A DNA stretch of 64,000 nt, from contig NC_092350.1 in the NCBI RefSeq assembly GCF_963676685.1, forward strand, positions 77,190,001 through 77,254,000, read 5' to 3'. The notes beneath the pieces are model-generated. The model worked only from the letters and a program-made list of their open reading frames with translations. It made no database searches and was not told the origin of the DNA. Within the stretch, counting starts at the first letter, position 1. Every line of letters begins with the position of its first letter. The position numbers were made by a program, and so were the translations under genes. This document shows positions 42,101 to 52,900 of this stretch, piece by piece. This DNA is from Mytilus edulis (Eukaryota).

Positions 42101-45100
42101 TAATCGTGATGAGAAAGCTGTATACAGAACTCTTACTTACCATTCGCATAAGTCGGGATTTCTGATACTAAATATGAAAGTGGCACAATTAATCTATGGT
42201 ATGTTTAAGTATGCAGAGTAATACTTTCTCCACACCAATTGATTGGTATATTATAATCAACATCTTCATTGGTCAATATTCAAATTTCTTATCTCATCAA
42301 ATTTGCTTGCATTCCATTGAATAATCTATTTTTTAACCATCATGACAAATGTGACCTTGCCTGATAATGTCATGAAGGAAGAGGTCATTGGTAAATAAAA
42401 AGTAATTTGTCAGCATATAACAAAAATATAGTTATTCTAAACTGTTATTAAATTTCTGATGTTTTTAAAACAAAATATTAATTTGAAAATGACTCTTTAC
42501 AGCAAATGTTCAAATGAATATGCTTTTTAAAATAAATTCCCTGTAAGTTCTAGATTCAAACTAACTTAGTTACATAGTTCAACTATTAGAAGGATAAATA
42601 ACAATGTAAATATTTGTTATTTAAAAGTAGTCACTCTTTTTTTTATAATGAATTTTCAAAGAAGATGGCAGAAAGAAAAAGGGATGTCGTGATTGGGCCT
42701 TTATTTTTGCAGTGAATTTGAGACTGGGGCCTTTTTTTTAAGGGAAGTTAGGACTTGCACTAATCTGGGCACAGGAATTAATAATCAACTTTTAAGGGAC
42801 TGGGAAGATTGTTTTATTTGTGATAACACACCCTCCTACCACCCCTCAAAGAACAATAATTATATAACAGCAAGAGATGTAAAAAGGTCAAGCCAAAACA
42901 TTCATGTAAAAATATAATCAAAATATCATAAGCCATGTATTGTGATGACAAGTTTGGCTTTATAAATATTTTGATATGAGCGTCACTGATGAGTCTTATG
43001 TAGATGAATGCGCGTCTGGGGTTCTAAATTATAATCCTGGTACCTTTGATAACTTTTAACTCACAATTCATGGTATGCCATAAAATAGTTTGGAGTCAAT
43101 TTTAATGAAACAAGAATAATTTAAATATCAACATTATAAAGCAGAAACAAAAATGTTAAAGTTTACACATAAATACATTTTTATAATTCCATACTGACTT
43201 GTATTTATTCTACCAGTACTTAAATTGGTCAAGACAAAACCCTTACATTTTTAGTATACTGTTGTTCTGATTCAGCCTGGTACTTTTGTAATTCTTCCTC
43301 TGCAGCCTCTCTTACTTGTTTTATAAGGTCAGGAATGTTGGAGTCAGTTTTACTAAGTTCACGAACTCTATTCTCCAATCCAAAGATAGTGGAAGTGGCA
43401 GATTCCAATCTTTGTCGGAGCTCCGATTGTTGTTCATTCTGCACTTGGTGATCAAACTCTGATTTTTTAAAGCATGCATGTAGTTTTTCTTCTAGTTCTT
43501 GTCTAAGTAACTGTTCCTTTTCCCATCTGAAAAGTAAAAATTTGAATTAAAAATACAGAGAATGCTGTCAATTCATGTAATATGATACTCTTGTTTACTG
43601 GCTATGAGGACAATAAACTTGATATTGTCCGTTTATGATACAGAAAGTACAAGAAAATCCTTACTGCCAGTAAATAATCTTTTTATTGGTTTGCTTCCAG
43701 TAAATAGTCTTTTTATTGGGTTGCTTCCAGTAAATAATTTTTTTATTGGGTTGCATCCAGTAAATAATCTTTTTTTCAGGTAAATGTTTGCTTCCAGGAA
43801 ACATGGTAAATAGTTAAATACAAATGCACAGTAAATAGTTAATGAAACTATAAACTTGTACAGTGTAACCTGCCTAATCTAACATCTGACTATTCCAACA
43901 TCCTACTTTAACCAACATATTTTCATGGTCCTATAATATGCCTATCCTTTCAGGAAAAATCTAAGAATTCTGACACCCTGCTTAATCCGACATTTTTTTC
44001 TGGTCCCCCAGTGTGTCGGATTAGACAAGTAACCCTGTACAGAGTTTTTTCCTGACAATTTTGTACAATTGAATTTTATTGTCTATGACTTTACAGTGAC
44101 TTCACTGTTAGTGTTGCTCTCCACCAATTGCAACTTATTCAAAATTCTGACCAAATTGCAATTTGTTTTTTAAAATCAAATTGTTCAACTGGTTAGAAAT
44201 TTTGAACTAACTTCTGTAGAAAACCACAGACAAGTCATGAAAGTGCAAGGTGATACAATAAAACATATATACAATCCTATAAGATGTTAACTCAACTTTA
44301 ATGATGTTGTGACAAAATCAGTCTACAGAGGCATATTTAGGGGGGCCTGGGCCCCACTCTTTTTGGGAAAAAATTTGGTTGCTGATATAGGGAATCACTG
44401 ACGTGTGACTGGAGCGGGCCCCCTCTTAGACAGTCAATGGGCCCCCACTAAGGAAAATTTCTAGATCCACCACAGGTCTATCAGTTTGATTAGGTAAATT
44501 ATAGTCATTTCCATGCTAAAGAAACTGACTTATTATTTTGAATTGCTATAAAAATGTCCAAAGTAAGCTTTCATATAGTTTTTCTTACTAAAAGTATTCT
44601 ATATTTATAAGAATCAGACATTTTGTGAATTAAAACATTTCATATTCTGTAAAATATGTGTAAAATTGCAATACGTTTGTAGGAAGTTTCCATGGGGAGA
44701 TAATATTTTTTTCTTTCATAAAGTATTATTAAAAAAAAAAAATATTTTAGGTTATCTCCCCATGGAAACTTATCAATAGCATATTGTTATTTCACACATA
44801 TTTTACTGAATATATGATGTTTTATTTGAAATGATATCTGGTTCCTATGAATATAGAATTTTTAGAAAGAAAAACTATGTAAAAGCTTAGTTTGGACATT
44901 TTTACAGCAATTCAAAATAACAAGTTCACCTTAAGCATGGTAATGACTGTAATATACCTATACAAACTGTTGAGACTAATTTTGTATCAACATCATTAAA
45001 GTGGAGTTAAAGTCTTATAGGATTGTGAGTATGTTTTATTTTATCACCTTGCACTTTCAAATTTTGACTGAACAATTTGTTCAATATTCTGACCAGTTGA

Positions 45101-48100
45101 ACAATTTGGTTTAATAAAACAAATTACAATTTGGTAAAAATTTTGAATGAGTTGCAATACTAACAGTCAAGTCACTGTAATAAGAAAATACACAATAAGT
45201 TTTAAAACAGTAAGGTTTTTGCCTGGTGCATCATCATACAACTTCAACATGTTGTAATTTAAATAAGAGTTTATAAAATAATATTTTTACACATTCTTGT
45301 GCTTGATACATAAACCATACAAATACAGTTTGCATACCTTCTTTTAAAACTTTCGTTTTCTCTTGTTAAATTATCTAAATCTCTCTGCATGCGTGGTACA
45401 TCATCTATTGATCGGGGTGCTGTTCTCACATGCATTAATTCCTGTTCCAAATTATTTATTTTTTGTTGGCAGTTATTTATTTGGTCTACAAGTTTTCTGT
45501 TTCTATCTGTTTCTACTAATAATCTGAAAATAAAGGAAAAAGCTAATTACTATCAGTTTGTAGAAATTGAAAAAAACATCAATGTTTATTTCAAGGATTT
45601 AGTTTCATAAAATACAATACGTCCATTAGATGGGATGAAATGTATTGTTAAATTTTGACAAATAAATAACTGAGATTTAAGAAACAACATGTTAATTTTT
45701 AAAAAGGAAAAAATTATCAGAGAAAGTATAAATTGGCTACAAATTAAAGGGGCACTGGCTACGAGATATATAAAAAATCTAATATATCATGTTTTTTGCT
45801 CAATCATTAATGAAATGCAAATAGTGAAATACTAATTCGCTTTTAGAAGCCAGTATGGTTCAATTTTGCCAAAATAAGCAAAAAAACATTGATTATGAAT
45901 TATTCACTTGCAAGTGAATAATTCGACCTCATTGAATCTGTACTCATGTGAACTTCAATTTAACCCCTAAGCTTCAGATGAATCACACATGAATTGTATG
46001 TGTAAAGTTATTTAAAGGAAAAGAATGTCAACATTGAAAGTGAAACAAAGGTAAATTATTTGATTGACTGATTCCATCCAGAAAAAAATCATTCTTATAC
46101 ATAAAAAAACGATGATAAGCATTTATTTTTCATCTTTAATATGAAATTAAATAGACCCAGAAAAATCCAACAGCAAGAGTTTGCTTAATCTATTTATATC
46201 TCACTAAGACTATATTTATGTTTTCGTCGCTTATATGGTCATTGGATGACTTAAGAGGTCAAATTGATAGTTAATTAGATGACGTCTAGACTAAAATACA
46301 CACGAAACGAAGCTACGTTTAAACGTTGTTTTTTTTTAAATCCCCTCTCTTGATTTTCTACCGATATTTACCTATCTTCCAGATCTTGGGCAGATTGTTG
46401 ATGTTTACCACAGTGCTGTTGTAAAATAATCTTTTCTTTTGAAACATCTTCCAACTGGTATCTGAATAGGATTCAATGAAAACAATACTTGTCTAACTAA
46501 CATTCACCTCTTTGGCTTATATAATGATCTAGGGTTGGTAATCCATTTGAAATGAAAATCATCAAATAATAATCTGATATTTTATCATACTTTCTCTATG
46601 GTGTTGATAGATCTTTGGTAGACCTTTTTTCATTCACAACTTGTAAATAGATTTACAGGCTGATTTAAAGATTGGCATATAGTATAGAAAGTTTGTTGAA
46701 GACACTGAGTGAATCATAACCTTTATGTGTTTTTGTGTTGTTAGGTTGATGTTGATTGACACACATGCCCTGTTGTTTAATCAATTTAAAGTCTTTGACT
46801 TTGCTGCTAGCTCGTTCATTCTTTTGGACTTAGTCAAGATGTCAAGATGAAGAAAATCAGTTAAGACATGTACTTGTTTTCCAAGTCTGTTATAAAACAA
46901 TAGAGATATAGATTCTAGAAGCTGTCATTTTATTAATTATCAACCGCAGGTCCTTTTTTGGACATTTTTGTCAGATTTATGTGTATGTTTGTTGACATGT
47001 TCAAGTCTGTTGTGTTTGTATGTCTGTGATGTACATTGTATGTTTACACAGCTGCTAGGTCCCAATAATTGTCACATTTACCAATAACTTTTGTTTAGGT
47101 TGCTCATTCATTATAATAGAATTATGAACAACTAGCATACAAGTGGCAGGTTGAGCTAGCTGTTTTAATTCACCTGTTCTTTAGAAAATGCCTGTACAAA
47201 GTCAAGAACATGACAGTTGTTTTCTGTTGGTTGACATAATCTAGTTGATTTTTTTTTTGTGGACTTCCCCTTTTCGAATTAACATTGGAATTCAGTATTT
47301 TAGTTAATTCTATTTTATCTGACCTTGTTACTAATTACCTCATTTCCAGTCTGATCACCGAGTTTATCAATTTTAAAACATATGGAAATGAGATTGCTTC
47401 AAGATGCAATGTGAGAAATTACTTACCTCAAACTTTCTAGTTCCCTTTCATATAAATTCTTAAGATGGGATACTTCTTCTTCTAGAATTCTAGCAGACTT
47501 CAGAAACGAAGATGAATCTAATTGTCCACTTTGTTGCCCAAGTTGCCTAACTTTTGAAATATACTGAGTAAATCTGTCATTCAATCTTTGTAGCTCTTCC
47601 TTTTCCTGAGCTCTTGACAAAGATGTTGAAGACAGCGTGTACATATCTCCTCCGTAATTGAAATTACTCATGGTCTTAGTCCTAGAACCAGTTTTATCCA
47701 ATTTGCGTATACTATTTGCACTGTATGCCCGTGGCTGGGGTATGTTGTTTCTTGCTGAAACCAAATGTGAGAACTTCTTTTCAAAAGGAGTCAATGACTT
47801 TTTGGTGCCAGAAAATGCACTTGTGCGATAGCGATTATTTATATTTTGATTAGGATTGCCACTAGTTTTGACAAAATAGGTATTTTGGTTATAAGCACCT
47901 CTAGGACCAGGGAATTGATCCTTTAGATAATGAGTTGATGTGACAAATGATTTTCCAACAAGTTTAGTTTGATTTTCAATTGGTGGTGGCGATGGTGTTG
48001 TTCTTAAACTATTAACATGTTTATATTCTGATTCACTTCCAACTAAGGATCTCTCAGAGTCAGATAATTCTTTATCAGCTGTCAGTACTTGGTCCTCCTT

Positions 48101-49870
48101 ATTTGTATCTTCTTTATCAAATCCTGGTAAGTTAAGCTGTATATCGTGCAGTGAACTATCAGGTGTTGAATGTAAAACTAGTCGTTCAATCTCTGGATCC
48201 CCGTCACCCAAATGTGCAGTGTTTATATTGTGTGCATCAAAACCTTCCTGGTAACTATCACTAAACCTGAAAGTAGAAAAATTGATTATATTACTCATTA
48301 TTTTTTTAATGATTATCACATCAAACAAAGTATGGGCTTTGCTCATTGTTGAAGGTCGTAAGGTGACCTATAGTTATTAATTACGGTGTCATTTTGGTCT
48401 CTTGTGGAGAGTATGTCTCATTGGCAATCATACCACATCTTCTTTTTTATATTGTGAAGACAGAATATTGTTGGTTTTTTTATTCTAATGTTGCAGTATA
48501 TATAAATGTGCATTGCTGGCAGTCAATTATGTCAGCCAAGTATGAAAAATAAATGTATTCAAAGTCTGTTTTGCTTTCATTCAATTTTATCTACACTTTC
48601 CCAGATAAATATGATTTGTTTAACATCTTTCACATATCATGCCATATAAAAGTCACAGTAAATCTTAACCAATTTGATTTTGATGTTAACAGAAGCTGAA
48701 AATGACTGTTTGACAACTAACAGTTAAGGGCATTACTACCCTCCTACAACTTTTTTAATTTTGAACTATTGGCAAACAAGAAGTGGCTTCATGGAAGATG
48801 GAAAAATTGCTTACACACTTCAATTCAACATTATGAAGCTACAGACCAAATATAAAACAATTCCCTTTCATAGAAGTAAAAAACAAATTGAAACAATTAA
48901 GTTTTCTACCTCAGACAGACTGACTGAGTTGATTGGTTAGTCAACATGCTTTCTCCGTTAGCAACACAGTAAAAACAAAGAGACAACCAACAGTCGACAC
49001 AACAAGCCATAAAAAATCTAAGATTGAGCAAACAAGACTCATTAAAAATTTGTTATGACATCAATTAAATACACTGAAATCCAATTTACAATGGTTAAAA
49101 TTAAAATCAACCAGTAATGGGTGTTTACAGCTTTGCATAAAAACAAGTACGACATGTATGACTACTTTCACCATGAATTAATGTGCTTGGATATGTAAAA
49201 CATTCTGTATTGTATGTGACTTCACAAAGACCACATTACCATTCAATTTCCCTGTCAGTGGAAAAAAAACCCAGATTTCAAGTATCCACACAAACAGAGT
49301 GAAAACCACATACAAAGCATTAAGTATTGTTTGTGTTAATATGTAACAAGCAACAATCATATATATAAAACAACTAGGACTTTTCTATATTTACCTTCCC
49401 GTCATATGAACATCTACATTTCATCTATAGAGATTAAAAATTAATTGATTAAAACATTGCATAACTCCTTTAAATTGCAAACCAGGTGCTCCGCAGCGCA
49501 GCTTTATACGACCGCAGAGGTCGAACCCTGAACAGTTGGGGCAAGTATGGACAAAACATTCAAGCGTGATACAGCTCTGAATTTGGATTGTGATCAAATT
49601 TTTGACATTACATGGGTTTTTTTTACACAAAACAAATGTCAAGATTTCACAAATCAATTAAAGATTTCTTCTTCAAACTTTTTAAATCTAAAATTAAATA
49701 GTTGACACAGCATAGGTTTCTGACACAGAATGAATGTGGTCTAATGAACTTAAAAAGGTTTTTTTTGCCTTTGAGCAATTCACTATGCTGTTGAATATTA
49801 ATCCTCTCAAAAAAATGTTTGAAGAAATTTTCTTTTTATTTATGAAATCTGAAATGAGAAAAATTTAACC

Positions 49871-49907
<37 letters not shown>

Positions 49908-52900
49908 ACTTTTTTTTCGTATCCCCGTTTCCCTTTTTTGCTTGTTATCACTGAATGGTAAAGATTGGTTGGTAGTAAAAGTGAATATACATTGTTTATT
50001 GTATAAAACAATAAAAAAAACTTCATCAGCAACATTTTATATTGGCAAATTTCCAATGAAGTTATTTACATAAAGTTATTGGCAAATAAAAATAGAAAAT
50101 GACATCATAGTCATGTCTGGCAAATTTCCAACATATATTATCAACTTCTATTCTATACAAAGAAAGATAACTCCAATTGAAAATTAATTGCTATTGCACA
50201 ATATTGTGCAATTAGATATTTCTTGCTATTGTGCAATACTGTGCAATTGAAAATTTCTTGCTATTGCACAATACTTGATATGGAATCCTGATTTGGACCA
50301 ACTTGAAAACTGGGCCCATAATCAAAAATCAAAGTACATATTTAGATAAAGCATATCAAATAAGCCCAAGAATTTAATTTTTGTTAAAATCAAACTTAGT
50401 TTAATTTTGGACCCTTTGGACCTTAATGTAGACCATTTGAAAACTGGACCAAAAAATAAGAATCTACATACACAGTTAGATTTGGCATATCAAAGAACCC
50501 ATTTATTCAATTTTTGATGAACAAAGTTTAATTTTGGACCCCCATTTGGACCAACTTGAAAACTAGGCCAATAATTAAAAATCTAAGTACATTTCTAAAT
50601 TCAGCATATCAAACAACCCCCAGGATTCATTTTTTGTTAAAATCAAACTAAGTTTAATTTTGGACCCTTTGGACCTTAATGTAGACCAATTTGAAAACGG
50701 GACCAAAAATTAAGAATCTGCATACACAGTTAGATTCGGCATACCAAAGAACCCCAATTATTCAATTTTTGATGAAATCAAACAAAGTTTAATTTGGACC
50801 CTTTGGGCCCTTTATTCCTAAACTGTTGGGACCAAAACTCCCAAAATCAATACCAACCTTCCTTTTATGGTCATAAACCTTGTGTTTAAATTTCATAGAT
50901 TTCTATTTACTTAAACTAAAGTTATTGTGCAAAAACCAAGAATAATGCTTATTTGGGCCCTTTTTTTGCCCCTAATTCCTAAACTGTTGGAACCAAAACT
51001 CACAAAATCAATCCCAACCTTTCTTTTGTGGTCATAAACCTTGTGTCAAAATTTCATAGATTTCTATTAACTTAAACTAAAGTTATAGTGCGAAAACCAA
51101 GAAAATGCTTATTTGGGCCCTTTTTGGCCCCTTATTCCTAAAATGTTGGGACCAAAACTCCCAAAATCAATCCCAACCTTCCTTTTGTGGTCATAAACCT
51201 TATGTTAAAATTTCATAGATTTCTATTCACTTTTACTAAAGTTAGAGTGCGAAAACTAAAAGTATTCGGACGACGACGACGACGACGACGACGACGCCAA
51301 CGTGATAGCAATATACGACGAAAATTTTTTCAAATTTTGCGGTCGTATAAAAAGACTAAAAGTAATAATAACAAGAGTGCACACACTGAAATGTCTTGCC
51401 TTCTTTACTAATCATTGATATCATGTTGATAGTCCTAAGTATAAAGCGTTATTACAACTGTCACATAAACTTAACATTAAACAAGATAGTTAAACAAAGA
51501 CCAATGAACCATGAAAATGAGGTCAAGGTCAGATGAACCATGCCAGGCAGACATGTACAGCTAACAATGCTTCCATACAACAAATATAGTTGACCTATTA
51601 CTTATAGTTTAAGAAAAATAGACCAAAACACAAAAACTTACACTGTCCAATGAACCGTGCAATTGAGGTCATGGTCAAATAAAACCTGCGGGACTGACAT
51701 ATAGATCATAATATATTTCCATACACCAAATATAGTTGACCTTTGGCATATAATATTAGATAAAAAGATCAAAACTTAAAAACTTAACTTTGCACCACTG
51801 AACCATGAAAATGAGGTCAAGGTCAGATGACATCTGCCCGCTAGACATGTACACCTTACAATCATTCCATACAACAAATATAGTAGACCTATTGCATAAA
51901 GTATGAGAAAAACAGACCAAAACACAAAAACTTAACTATAACCACTGAACCATGAAAATGAGGTCAAGGTCAGATGACACCTGCCAGTTGGACATGTACA
52001 CCTTACAGTCCTTCAATACACCAAATATACTAGCCCTATTGCTTATAGTATCTGAGATATGGACTTGACCACCAAAACTTAACCTTGTTCACTGATCCAT
52101 GAAATGAGGTCGAGGTCAAGTGAAAACTGTCTGACGGGCATGAGGACCTTGCAAGGTACGCACATACCAAATATAGTTATCCTATTACTTATAAGAGAGA
52201 ATTCAACGTTACAAAAATTCTGAACTTTTTTTTCAAGTGGTCAATGAACCATGAAATTGAGGTCAAGGACATTGGACATGTGACTGACGGAAACTTCGTA
52301 ACATGAGGCATCTATATACAAAATATGAAGCATCCAGGTCTTCCACCTTCTAAAATATATAGCTTTTAAGAAGTGAGCTAACACCGCCGCCGCCGCTGCC
52401 GTAGCCGCCGCCGGATCACTATCCCTATGTCGAGCTTTCTGCAACAAAAGTTGCAGGCTCGACAAAAACCAAATTATCCCTTAATCATTATACTATACAT
52501 ATAGTCAATTTGATTTGTTAGCACACTGTGTTGCGTTTTCCAACATTGGAGATTATTTGATTTCCCAAGTTAACATGGTATATATCTGCAGTGTGAAATT
52601 CTTCAGTTTTATTGAGAAATTAATTTAAATAATTAATATCTTGTAAAAAAGTCTCAATCATATAATAAGCATAATCAGTAACAAATATAAGGCATTAGAG
52701 AAATAAAACATTACAGTCATTGCTTTTCTGTAGAATGAAGTGAAACTAAAATACATTCAAGAACCTTGCCATAACATCAGATTCATATCTTGATTTTTTT
52801 TAGTTATTTGAAGATTTTGGGGTTACAGACTTGCCAACTTACACAATATAATGGGCGCTTTCCCCAAAGAGAGGTGTTCACATGCATTTTGAAATTATAT

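Noticed and set aside
36438-45610. Plus-strand ORFs overlapping exons (36438-36632, 37741-37965, 45389-45610)
   Set aside because: Antisense shadows of real minus-strand exons.
48267-48346. ORF-track start MSKAHTLF… as the gene start
   Set aside because: It lies upstream of a strong acceptor and its ATG falls inside a dispersed repeat (48329-48451).
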